Below, one piece after another: positions 8,734-17,830 of a stretch of 64,000 bases of DNA (position 1 is its first letter; each line of letters begins with the position of its first letter). The stretch is from Eubacteriales bacterium (GTDB lineage Bacteria; Bacillota; Clostridia; Oscillospirales; CAG-272). The notes beneath the pieces were generated by a model. The model was not told the DNA's origin and did not search any database. It was given only the letters and a program-made list of their open reading frames with translations. Position numbers and translations under genes: made by a program. The stretch is from the NCBI GenBank assembly GCA_045632345.1, contig JAZQWM010000082.1:26220-90219 (forward strand), in the 5' to 3' direction.

Positions 8734-8920
8734 AAAAAACCTCCAAAAAATATTCGATACGTACTGTTCGTTGTTATAATTATACAATAATATTATTTAT
8801 TTGTCAACAAATAATTATTAAAATCAGTAAAGTTTTTTGTGAAATTTAGACACTCTGTCCACCGTTTTTTCATTTTGGAGCGTCTTGATTAACAAAAATA
8901 ACGTCAAACTAAATTTACTA

Positions 8921-8949
8921 TTGATTTTTGTCGCGTTTTATTGTATAAT
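8921..8949 (+). promoter_or_regulatory. putative promoter of glyA
   Basis: TTGATT-17 nt-TATAAT. Confidence 0.55.
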
Positions 8950-9040
8950 ATTTGCATTATGTACGAGCGTGCAAAAGCGTTAAGTGCGCGCCAAATTATT
9001 AAGTTTTAAATTATGCTTTATATTTTAGGGGGGAATACTT

Positions 9041-10285
9041 ATGGTATCCGAAATCATCAAAAAATTAACAGAATGCGACAAAGAGGTTGGTGAAGCAGTT
9101 AACAGCGAGCTTAAAAGACAAAAAAGAGGTCTTGAGCTTATCGCATCAGAAAACTTAGTTTCCGAAGCAGTTATGATTGCTATGGGCACACCACTTACAA
9201 ACAAATACGCTGAGGGTTATCCTGCAAAGCGTTACTACGGCGGATGTGAGTGCGTTGACGTAGTTGAAAATATCGCTATTGAAAGAGTTTGCAAGCTTTT
9301 CGGCGCAAATTATGCAAACGTTCAACCACACAGCGGCGCGCAAGCTAATACAGCAGTTTACTTTGCTTTAATTAAGCCGGGCGATACAGTAATGGGCATG
9401 AACCTCGCTCACGGCGGACACTTAACACACGGTAGCCCTGTAAATATTTCAGGTAACTACTACAATTTCGTTCCATACGGCGTAAACGACGACGGATTTA
9501 TCGACTACGATGAAATGGAAAGACTTGCTAAGGAAAACAATCCTAAGCTTATTGTAGCAGGTGCTTCTGCTTACCCAAGAACTATTGATTTTGAAAGAAT
9601 TTCAAAGATTGCAAAAGAGGTTGGCGCATACTTCATGGTAGATATGGCTCACATTGCAGGTCTTGTTGCAGCAGGAGAGCATCCATCTCCTGTTCCATAT
9701 GCAGACGTAGTTACAACTACAACGCATAAAACACTCCGCGGTCCACGTGGCGGTCTTATTCTCTGCAACGATGAGGAAATTGCCAAGAAGATTAACAAGG
9801 CTATTTTCCCAGGCACACAGGGTGGCCCTCTTATGCACACAATCGCAGCTAAGGCTGTATGCTTCGGCGAAGCTTTAAGCGATGAATTTAAAGCATATCA
9901 AGCGCAAATCGTAAAGAACGCAAACGCTCTTGCCAAGACACTTCTTGAGGAAGGCTTTGACCTTGTATCCGGTGGTACTGACAACCACTTAATGCTTCTT
10001 GACCTTCGTCCATTCAAGATTACAGGTAAGGAGCTTGAAAAGAGACTTGACGAGGTTTATATCACAGTAAATAAAAACGCTATCCCTAACGACCCAGAAA
10101 AGCCATTTGTAACATCAGGCGTTAGAATCGGTACTCCTGCCGTTACATCTCGCGGTCTTAAAGAAGAGGATATGGTAACTATCGGTAAGCTTATCAAGCT
10201 TTGTGCAACAGAGTTTGAAGAAAAGGCTGATTACATCAGAGCCGAGGTTACAAAAATCTGCGAAAAGTATCCAATATACGAATAA
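9041..10285 (+). CDS. glyA: serine hydroxymethyltransferase
   Basis: Full-length match by eye to SHMT, including the [17 protein letters not shown]-lysine motif. Confidence 0.97.
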   Translation: MVSEIIKKLTECDKEVGEAVNSELKRQKRGLELIASENLVSEAVMIAMGTPLTNKYAEGYPAKRYYGGCECVDVVENIAIERVCKLFGANYANVQPHSGAQANTAVYFALIKPGDTVMGMNLAHGGHLTHGSPVNISGNYYNFVPYGVNDDGFIDYDEMERLAKENNPKLIVAGASAYPRTIDFERISKIAKEVGAYFMVDMAHIAGLVAAGEHPSPVPYADVVTTTTHKTLRGPRGGLILCNDEEIAKKINKAIFPGTQGGPLMHTIAAKAVCFGEALSDEFKAYQAQIVKNANALAKTLLEEGFDLVSGGTDNHLMLLDLRPFKITGKELEKRLDEVYITVNKNAIPNDPEKPFVTSGVRIGTPAVTSRGLKEEDMVTIGKLIKLCATEFEEKADYIRAEVTKICEKYPIYE

Positions 10286-10289
10286 TCAA

Positions 10290-10348
10290 GTTCGCTTCGC
10301 TCACAGGGGATAGGATATAGGAGATAGGGGCTCGCTTCGCTCACAGGG
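10290..10348. repeat. composite repeat: 18-mer / GWYAG heptad tract / 18-mer
   Basis: gttcgcttcgctcacagg (10290-10307), ggggataggatataggagatagggg (10306-10330, GATAG/TATAG/GATAG spaced 7 nt), ggctcgcttcgctcacaggg (10329-10348). Confidence 0.9.
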
Positions 10349-10637
10349 AAAATTACACATTGCTTAACAACGAACAAATTATTTCACAACCTGCAAAGCA
10401 AGCCACATTATGTTTTGCGTCTGCGGAATGTATCTTTACCACGCGCAATGCATATTGAAAATAAAAATTTTGATAAGTTTTTCTATAAATTTTGCATTGA
10501 ATATCAAGCAAATTGAAAAAATATTAAAAAATATTGATTTTTCTATTGATTTTTTGAAAGCTTTATGCTATAATACCATTCGCTTATGATTTTGAACACA
10601 TAACTGTTTACATAATAAAACTTACGGAGGATTAATT

Positions 10638-11039
10638 ATGAATATTTTTCTCGGCATACTATTATTACTTTCCGCATTATTCTTAATTGTTGCGGTATTA
10701 CTTCAAAACGGTAAATCAAAGGGTACAGGCGTTGTTACAGGCGGCGCAGAGACCTTCTTTGGCAAAAACAAGGGCAAGGCTATTGACAAGAGGCTTTCAA
10801 TGTTAACTACAATCGTTGCTATTGTTTTCGTTCTCTTAGTTATCATTGTATTCGTATCACAAGACTATGAAGACATTTTCGGCAAGGTTGACAGCGTTAC
10901 TACAACAGGCTCAGGCTCTGGCACAGGTACAGGCTCAGGCGATTTAGTTGTTGATACAGCAACAGGCTCTAACGATTTAGTTTTTGATACTGTAACAGGT
11001 AGCAACGACTTAACAAACGACATTCAGCCAAGAGACTAA
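10638..11039 (+). CDS. secG: preprotein translocase subunit SecG with a repeat-containing C-terminal extension
   Basis: N-terminal ~75 aa match the SecG pattern (LLQxGKSxG...). The conserved Firmicutes secG-rnr order is present. Confidence 0.85.
   Translation: MNIFLGILLLLSALFLIVAVLLQNGKSKGTGVVTGGAETFFGKNKGKAIDKRLSMLTTIVAIVFVLLVIIVFVSQDYEDIFGKVDSVTTTGSGSGTGTGSGDLVVDTATGSNDLVFDTVTGSNDLTNDIQPRD
10941..11014. repeat. 33-nt in-frame tandem repeat (about 2.3 copies) in the secG 3' extension
   Basis: gatttagttgttgatacagcaacaggctctaac / gatttagtttttgatactgtaacaggtagcaac, encoding DLV(V/F)DTxTGSN. Confidence 0.85.
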
Positions 11040-11049
11040 TTAAAAGATT

Positions 11050-11087
11050 TTACCGCTTTTGTTAATGCAAGAGCGGTATTTTTTTAT
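11050..11087 (+). terminator. terminator-like hairpin + T-run after secG
   Basis: taccgc...gcggta stem followed by TTTTTTT. Confidence 0.6.
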
Positions 11088-11116
11088 CCTTATTAAGCTA
11101 TATAGAAAGGAACAAA

Positions 11117-13417
11117 ATGAAAACGAAGATTAAAGATATTATTCTTTCCGTTATATATAGAGATAGCTATATTCCTCTGCTCCCTGCGGATATGTACTGT
11201 GAGGTAGCTCCAAGCCGTGAGTTTACTGAGGAAGAATTTTGGCGTACTCTATATGATATGGAAAACAATTTTGAAATTGCTCTTACTAAAAAGGGCAAGC
11301 TGATTAAAGCCGATGACGTTGGTATTTTCACAGGAACGTTCAGCGCTTCTCCACGCGGAGATTTCGGTTTTGTTGTTACAAGTAAGGGAGACTTTTTTAT
11401 ACCCCCTAAATTTACAAAAAACGCGTTAAATGGCGACACAGTAGCCATAAAAAAGATTGAAATGTCCTCAAAGTTTTACGGCAAGGGCAATGAGGCTGAG
11501 ATAATCGCAATCACTAAGCGCTCCCTTGATACGTTTATCGGCACGTTTAAAATAGTAGTTAAAAACGGCAACCGTTCAATAGCCAGAGTTACTCCGGATA
11601 ATGATAAAATCAAATTAGATATTACCGTTCACGCTAAGCATTTTAATGGCGCTACCGATAATGACAAGGTGCTTTGCAAAATTACGTCATTCCCTGTTAG
11701 TGAGCTTGCGACTGCAAAATGCCAAGTAATTGAGGTTTTAGGCAAATCTGACTCAAAGGAAGCTAACTACAAATCCGTTTTACTTGAAAACGGAATTATA
11801 ACCGAGTTTAGCGATGACGTTTTAGCTGAGGCAGAAAAAGTTGCAGCTGAGCCTCTTTCATTAAAAGGCAGAGCTGATTTAAGAAACGAAACCATATTCA
11901 CAATAGACGGTGCAGACGCTAAGGATCTTGACGATGCTATTTCCGTTAAGAAAACCGCGGACGGATATATTTTAGGCGTACACATTGCCGACGTTTCCCA
12001 CTACGTGCGTGAGGGAAGCAAGATTGATACTGAGGCTATCAACCGTGGCACAAGCGTTTACTTTACCAATAAGGTTGTGCCTATGCTGCCAAAGGCGTTG
12101 TCTAACGGAATTTGCTCACTAAACGGCGGCGTTGACAGATATGCGCTTTCCTGCATTATCACTCTTGATAATAACGGTAACATTCTTTACACAGAATTAA
12201 AGAACAGCGTTATAAATTCCAAGGTGCGTGGCGTTTATTCTGAGCTTAACGATATTCTTGAAAACAAGGAAAACAGCGAATTTTACTCAAAATACGCACA
12301 CGTCATGGGAGATTTTGACACCATGATGGAGCTTTATGAGGTATTAAAGCAAAAGAGTATTAGCAAGGGAGCTATGGAGCTTGAAAGCGAGGAAAGCAAG
12401 ATAATTTTAGATGAAAACGGTCATCCTGTGGAAATTATCAAGCGTGAAAGAGGCACTACCGAAAGACTTATTGAGCAGTTTATGCTCTGTGCTAACGAAG
12501 CGGTTGCTACCTATTTATATAGTGCATCTATTCCGTGTGTTTACCGTGTGCATGATGAGCCTGACACGGAAAAGATTTCCGCGTTTGCAACCTTTGCAAG
12601 AAATTTAGGCGTTGACGTTTCCTCACTTAATCCAAAAAACAAGATAACGTCAATGCAGCTTTCCAAGGTGCTTGAAAGCTCACAAAAAACAGGGCACTTC
12701 TCCATTGTGTCAAACGTGCTTTTACGCTCACTTATGAAGGCTAAATATTCAAGCGTGCCATCTGCCCATTTCGGTCTTGCTACCGATTTATATTGCCATT
12801 TCACTTCCCCAATAAGAAGATATCCCGACTTAACGGTGCATAGAATTATCAAAGCGTTGCTTGATGGCAAGATTGATGAAAAAACCTTCGAAAAATACGA
12901 TAATTTCGCAGCTCTTTCCGCTCAGCTTTCAACTGAAAATGAAATTAAGGCGGTGTCTGCCGAAAGAGATATTGACGATCTATATAAGTCAATTTACATG
13001 GCTGACAGAATCGGCGAGGAGTATGACGCTATTATTTGCTCCGTTACAGGATTTGGCTTCTTTGCAAGAACGGAAAACCTTTGCGACGGTCTTGTGCCTA
13101 TTGAATCTCTTGGTCAAGGCTTTATGTTTGACAAGGAAAACCTTATTTTGCAAAGAGGAAAAACAACCTTCCGCTTAGGTCAAAGAGTTAGAGTCAGGGT
13201 TGAATACAGCGACGTATCATTAAGACGCGTAACCTTTACGCTTCTTGCGTATGAGGAAATTGACGCTCCGAAAATTGATATAAGCAAGGCGAAAAAGACA
13301 ACGTCCGTGTCAAAGCCCGCGTCAAAAAAGCATTCACACCCCAAAAACAAAAGAACAGACAGAAACGGTAAGAAAACACTTACAAAATCACTTCGCAAGA
13401 AAAGACATAGAAAATAA
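11117..13417 (+). CDS. rnr: ribonuclease R
   Basis: RNB catalytic motif (IDGADAKDLDDAISV), S1-like C-terminal region and basic tail. Confidence 0.95.
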   Translation: MKTKIKDIILSVIYRDSYIPLLPADMYCEVAPSREFTEEEFWRTLYDMENNFEIALTKKGKLIKADDVGIFTGTFSASPRGDFGFVVTSKGDFFIPPKFTKNALNGDTVAIKKIEMSSKFYGKGNEAEIIAITKRSLDTFIGTFKIVVKNGNRSIARVTPDNDKIKLDITVHAKHFNGATDNDKVLCKITSFPVSELATAKCQVIEVLGKSDSKEANYKSVLLENGIITEFSDDVLAEAEKVAAEPLSLKGRADLRNETIFTIDGADAKDLDDAISVKKTADGYILGVHIADVSHYVREGSKIDTEAINRGTSVYFTNKVVPMLPKALSNGICSLNGGVDRYALSCIITLDNNGNILYTELKNSVINSKVRGVYSELNDILENKENSEFYSKYAHVMGDFDTMMELYEVLKQKSISKGAMELESEESKIILDENGHPVEIIKRERGTTERLIEQFMLCANEAVATYLYSASIPCVYRVHDEPDTEKISAFATFARNLGVDVSSLNPKNKITSMQLSKVLESSQKTGHFSIVSNVLLRSLMKAKYSSVPSAHFGLATDLYCHFTSPIRRYPDLTVHRIIKALLDGKIDEKTFEKYDNFAALSAQLSTENEIKAVSAERDIDDLYKSIYMADRIGEEYDAIICSVTGFGFFARTENLCDGLVPIESLGQGFMFDKENLILQRGKTTFRLGQRVRVRVEYSDVSLRRVTFTLLAYEEIDAPKIDISKAKKTTSVSKPASKKHSHPKNKRTDRNGKKTLTKSLRKKRHRK

Positions 13418-13429
13418 AGGGGTATTACT

Positions 13430-13777
13430 ATGGAAAAGAAATTATTAGTTAAAGACAGCGATAATAAGCTTATTCACAAATTTTCCGAAGCATTAAAAAA
13501 TCAAGGAATTACCGAGGGAGCTGACTGCTATTATATTGATGAAGCATTTCGTTTTCCATTTTTTAAAATTCCAAAAGCGTACAAAAAGGAAAACGAAAAT
13601 GACCCTGATGTGCATTTTGCATTTGTAGATATTGATGACAATCCGCCATTTTTAGAAAAGGAAGAATACTCTGTTCATGCAAATTATCATCATGAGCATA
13701 TTGCAAATGCTGATAATGCTGCTGAGCTTGTTAAAAAGCTGATAACAGGCCAGGTGGTTGAGGTTGCTCTCGTTTAA
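13430..13777 (+). CDS. hypothetical protein
   Basis: ORF with AAGGGG RBS. No recognisable domain. Confidence 0.6.
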   Translation: MEKKLLVKDSDNKLIHKFSEALKNQGITEGADCYYIDEAFRFPFFKIPKAYKKENENDPDVHFAFVDIDDNPPFLEKEEYSVHANYHHEHIANADNAAELVKKLITGQVVEVALV

Positions 13778-13800
13778 AGAATGGAAAAGCAAGCGTATTT

Positions 13801-14037
13801 ATGGAAAATACAGGGGACCCACAAAAGAATGTTGATAAATTTATGCAGGACTATACGGTAATTATGGAAAAGCTAAATGATGCAAAGCAAGGCGGACATT
13901 TCCACACAATCCATCAGCATTCATACCCTTACTACCTTTATTATGAGCTTGGTAATCAGCAGATGTTTGAGGGCTATAACGCTTATGCAGTATCCTCTGT
14001 ACTTGCAGAGCATCCGGAATTTTATATTTTAGGCTAG
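13801..14037 (+). CDS. hypothetical protein (possibly the frameshifted continuation of 13430-13777)
   Basis: No RBS of its own. Its frame is open back to 13762 and overlaps the upstream stop. Confidence 0.45.
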   Translation: MENTGDPQKNVDKFMQDYTVIMEKLNDAKQGGHFHTIHQHSYPYYLYYELGNQQMFEGYNAYAVSSVLAEHPEFYILG

Positions 14038-14064
14038 AAAGAGAGTTTTTACTCTCTTTTTTAT
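14037..14064 (+). terminator. rho-independent terminator
   Basis: gagagt-tttt-actctc followed by TTTTTT. Confidence 0.75.
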
Positions 14065-14138
14065 TTAACAAAATTTGTAATTGAAAAATCCTTGATTATA
14101 TGATACAATTTAATTAAATAAGGAAATGAGGTTAAATT

Positions 14139-15266
14139 ATGATATACAATAATTTTAAAGGACTACAAATTTCAGCTCTTGGCTTTGGCACAATGCGACT
14201 TCCAACCATTGACGGAAAATACGACCAAATTGACCAAGAAAAGGTAAATGAAATGTTTGACTACGCTATTGAAAACGGCGTAAACTACTTTGATACTGCA
14301 TGGGGATACCATAACGGAATGAGCGAAATTGCCGTTGGCAAGGCGCTTAAAAGATATGACCGCAGTAAATTTTATCTTGCCACAAAGTTCCCCGGCTATG
14401 ACGTAAGCAATATGGGAAAGGTAGAAGAAATTTTTGAAAAGCAGCTTGAAAAATGCCAGGTGGAGTATTTTGATTTTTATTTAGTACATAACGTATGTGA
14501 AGCAAATATTGAATACTACCTTGATGAAAGCTACGGCACTGTTGACTACCTTTTAAAGCAAAAGGAAAATGGCAGAATTAAGCACCTTGGCTTCTCTACC
14601 CATGCAAATTTTGACAATTTCATGCGATATATGGATAAGTATGGCAAATATATGGAGTTTTGCCAAATTCAATTAAATTATCTTGACTACGAGTTCCAAG
14701 AAGCGAATAAAAAATTAGATTACTTAAAGGAGCAAAACATTCCCGTTATCGTAATGGAGCCTATCCGCGGTGGACGTCTTGCAAACCTTAGCGAAAATGA
14801 ACAAAGTGAGATTAACAAAATCCGTGAGGGCATAAAAGCACCTGAGTTTGCATTTAGATTTATTCAGTCCTTTGATGAGGTGCTTGTAACACTTTCAGGT
14901 ATGTCTAATTTTGAGCAAGCCAAGGAAAATATTGTAACCTTTAGCGAAAATAAAAAGCTAAATCAAGAGGAATTTAAAAAAGTCCTTGACCTTGGCAAGA
15001 AAATGACAACCTGTGTACCTTGCACATCCTGTCGCTACTGCACAGAGTATTGCCCACAAGGTCTTGATATTCCAAAGCTCCTTAACCTTTATAACGAGCA
15101 GGTGTTCTCAGGCGGTGGCTTTATTGTGTCCATGAACTTAAATTCAATGAGCGAAAACGAACGCCCAAGCGCGTGTATTTCCTGCGGCGCTTGTCAATCT
15201 GTCTGCCCACAGGGAATTAAAATCCCTGAGATTTTAGCAGACTTTGTTGAAAGAAGGAAGAAGTAA
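14139..15266 (+). CDS. aldo/keto reductase with C-terminal 4Fe-4S ferredoxin-type domain
   Basis: AKR N-terminal pattern (GFGTMRLP...DTAxGY) plus two CxxCxxCxxxCP clusters at the C-terminus. Confidence 0.9.
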   Translation: MIYNNFKGLQISALGFGTMRLPTIDGKYDQIDQEKVNEMFDYAIENGVNYFDTAWGYHNGMSEIAVGKALKRYDRSKFYLATKFPGYDVSNMGKVEEIFEKQLEKCQVEYFDFYLVHNVCEANIEYYLDESYGTVDYLLKQKENGRIKHLGFSTHANFDNFMRYMDKYGKYMEFCQIQLNYLDYEFQEANKKLDYLKEQNIPVIVMEPIRGGRLANLSENEQSEINKIREGIKAPEFAFRFIQSFDEVLVTLSGMSNFEQAKENIVTFSENKKLNQEEFKKVLDLGKKMTTCVPCTSCRYCTEYCPQGLDIPKLLNLYNEQVFSGGGFIVSMNLNSMSENERPSACISCGACQSVCPQGIKIPEILADFVERRKK

Positions 15267-15267
15267 A

Positions 15268-15317
15268 GGTTCGCTACGCGAACAGCAGTCAGCGGTTAGC
15301 CGTCAGCGGATAGCGAG
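15268..15317. repeat. 18-mer variant hairpin + GWYAG heptad tract directly after the AKR stop
   Basis: ggttcgctacgcgaac (perfect hairpin variant of the 18-mer), then GTCAG/GTTAG/GTCAG/GATAG at exact 7-nt spacing (15288-15313). Confidence 0.85.
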
Positions 15318-15426
15318 ATTTCAAAACGATTTGAAAAAATCAAGCGGTCAGCAAGCAGTGCCACGCCCCCGTCCCCTGTCACCGCTAAATTGATGAAAAG
15401 TTTTCAGTATAACATATTGTTTTAAT

Positions 15427-15456
15427 AAAAAATCACGGATTGCTCCGTGATTTTTT
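15427..15456. terminator. bidirectional rho-independent terminator
   Basis: A-run, atcacgga-ttgc-tccgtgat, T-run. Same core as 6365-6396. Confidence 0.85.
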
Positions 15457-15537
15457 GTTGGAATTATTGCCCACAAATTACGATTTGTCGCATTAAAATC
15501 AAAAAACTAATTTTGCTGACTGCAGGCGGTTAACACA

Positions 15538-15666
15538 TCTGCTTCGCAGAGCGATATGTCGTGCAATGCACGCGCGATATAACCGAATAACTTCGGTAGC
15601 GATATGCTTTCCCTAGGCGAAAGCTCGATATTCCGCCAAAGGCGGAGCGATATGCACCTTCGGTGC
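15538..15666. repeat. mini-hairpin array A2 (six hairpins, GCGATAT linkers)
   Basis: tctgcttcgcaga-GCGATAT-gtcgtgcaatgcacgc-GCGATAT-aaccgaataacttcggt-aGCGATAT-gctttccctaggcgaaagc-tCGATAT-tccgccaaaggcgga-GCGATAT-gcaccttcggtgc. Confidence 0.9.
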
Positions 15667-15700
15667 GTGCTGACGGCTAACAGCTAACAGCTAACGGCTA
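15667..15700. repeat. heptad tract (gctgacg gctaaca gctaaca gctaacg gcta) overlapping the GH78 stop codon
   Basis: CTRAC core every 7 nt on the plus strand, which reads GTTAG on the GH78 coding strand. Confidence 0.85.
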
Positions 15701-17830
15701 AAAAATATATTTTCCTGCTGAAACGTTGTGTGTTACGCCGTCAATTATAATCGTGCTTTCAACAGGTGTTTCGATTTCGTAGCGGATTTTGTTGTCAACG
15801 TGGTACCATTTTGAGGACACAACGCCTTGCTTTGTTTCAATTTTTGCGGACAGGTGGCTAAGCTTGTCCGTTGGCTTTGGTGCGATTAAGATTTTTTTAA
15901 AGCCGGGCGCAAGTGGCTTAATGCCACAGGCTTCCTCGTAAATCCAATCGGCAACGCTACCATAGGCGTAGTGGTTAAAGGAATTCATATCCTTTGACCA
16001 GAAATCGCCCTGCTCGTTTTTGCCGTCCCAATGCTCCCAAATTGTAGTTGCGCCTTGGTTAACAGAGTAGAGCCATGAAGGGAAATCCTCTTGTAAAAGT
16101 AGGTTATATGCAGTTTCTGTGTAGCCATTTTGAGATAACGCGTGGAGTAAAAACGGAGTGCCAACAAATCCTGTTTTTAGCTTGTTGCCGTTTTTCACAA
16201 TCATGGTATTTAGCTGCTTTGCTACCTTTTCCTTGTCGGTTGCTATATCAAAATAAAGTGCCAATGCACACTCTGTTTGAGTTTTGTATTTTTTAAAGGT
16301 TTTTCTAATTCTACTAAGTATTCTTTCTTGTAGGTGGCGGTATTTTTTACTGCTTCTGCCTAAAATTTCGCACACATCCCCCACTATTTTAACAGAATTG
16401 TAGTAAAATACAGAGCCGATAAAGTCATCATTTGATGAGCCTTTATAATCTCCTGCAGGAGCGTCAAGTCCTAGCCAGTCGCCAAATTGCCAGCATCCGT
16501 ACCATAAATATCTTCTTGTGGTGTGAGTGCGAATGTAGTCAAGGTATCTAACCATTGTTTTAAGTTGATTTTTAAGGAAATCAACGTTACCATAGGTCAT
16601 ATACATTGTGTATGGAATAATAGTTGAGCTATCTCCCCATACTGCTCCGCTTTCCTCACTTGTTGACCAGTCCCAGCATACGGTTTGAGGGATAATGTTT
16701 GGAATGTTGCCCTGTTTACCTTGGTCAAGGCGCATATCCGTTAGCCATTTAGTAAAGAATTTTTCTACGTCAAAATTATATGATGCAGTTCTGCAAAAGA
16801 CGGTGGCATCTCCTGTCCAGCCCTGTCTTTCATCTCTTTGAGGACAATCGGTAGGCACGTCAAGGAAGTTGCCCTTCTGTCCCCAAATTATATTTGAAAA
16901 TAGTTGGTTAAGCTTTGGATTTGAGCTTTCAATATAGCCTGTTCTCTTTATATCGGAGTGAACAACGATAGCCTTGATATTTTCCTTTGTAATTTCAGTC
17001 GGGAAGCTATCAACGCGCATATATCTAAATCCCCAAAACGCTAGCTTTGGTTTATAGGTATTTACGCCCTCATGACAAATATACTCAAATCTTGCCTTGG
17101 CATCACGGTAATTTTCGTTATAGAAGTTGCCGTATTTATCAAGGACCTCACAAACGGTAAATTCTACCTTATCGCCTTTTTGGGCGTTTACGGTAAACTC
17201 AAAATATCCTGTTAAATTTTGACCGAAATCCACGATTGTATCGCCGTTTGGAGCTTTAAATATAGACACAGGTCTAATATTTTCCTGCTCTACGATTTTT
17301 TCGCCCTGTTGCTTTACGATAATTTCTTTAGTGTGGTCAAGTATAGATACAGGCACTAAGGTGTTTTCAAAATTGCTATCGTAAATTTCCCCATCGTAAA
17401 GCTCTGCAAAGCGTAATTTGTCCTTGCGCCCTTGCCAGCTATTATCTGTTACAATCGTTTCCTTAGCTCCGTCCTTATATAAAATTTCAATTTGGCAAAT
17501 TAAAGCTTTTGGCACATCGTTTGCTACAACGAAGTTGATTTTGCCGTTATACCAGCCATCTCCCACTAAAATTTCAAGGGAGTTTTCCTTTTGGAGCATG
17601 CTTATAATATCATACTCCTGATACTGCACTCTTTTTCTTGAGGTAAAGCCGGGGGCTAAAATAAAATTCCCAACTCTTACTCCATTTAACTCAGGATAGT
17701 AACAGCCTAAGGAAGTAACAAACAGCGTTGCTTTTTTTACTTCCTTATTTATATTAAATTTCTTAACGAAGCATGATGGCTCATATAAAATATTATTTGG
17801 ATGTGTTATCCATTTTGCATTTTCAAACAT
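15698..17830 (-). CDS. alpha-L-rhamnosidase (GH78 family)
   Basis: GH78 signature region DVPTDCPQRDERQGWTGDA. Start overlaps the upstream stop (TAATG). Confidence 0.9.
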   Translation of the reverse strand: MFENAKWITHPNNILYEPSCFVKKFNINKEVKKATLFVTSLGCYYPELNGVRVGNFILAPGFTSRKRVQYQEYDIISMLQKENSLEILVGDGWYNGKINFVVANDVPKALICQIEILYKDGAKETIVTDNSWQGRKDKLRFAELYDGEIYDSNFENTLVPVSILDHTKEIIVKQQGEKIVEQENIRPVSIFKAPNGDTIVDFGQNLTGYFEFTVNAQKGDKVEFTVCEVLDKYGNFYNENYRDAKARFEYICHEGVNTYKPKLAFWGFRYMRVDSFPTEITKENIKAIVVHSDIKRTGYIESSNPKLNQLFSNIIWGQKGNFLDVPTDCPQRDERQGWTGDATVFCRTASYNFDVEKFFTKWLTDMRLDQGKQGNIPNIIPQTVCWDWSTSEESGAVWGDSSTIIPYTMYMTYGNVDFLKNQLKTMVRYLDYIRTHTTRRYLWYGCWQFGDWLGLDAPAGDYKGSSNDDFIGSVFYYNSVKIVGDVCEILGRSSKKYRHLQERILSRIRKTFKKYKTQTECALALYFDIATDKEKVAKQLNTMIVKNGNKLKTGFVGTPFLLHALSQNGYTETAYNLLLQEDFPSWLYSVNQGATTIWEHWDGKNEQGDFWSKDMNSFNHYAYGSVADWIYEEACGIKPLAPGFKKILIAPKPTDKLSHLSAKIETKQGVVSSKWYHVDNKIRYEIETPVESTIIIDGVTHNVSAGKYIF

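Noticed and set aside
15538-15666. Reading the hairpin arrays as a CRISPR array
   Set aside because: The constant part is only 7-9 nt and the variable parts are themselves 11-23 nt palindromes. There is no 25-40 nt repeat, no leader and no cas genes in the window.
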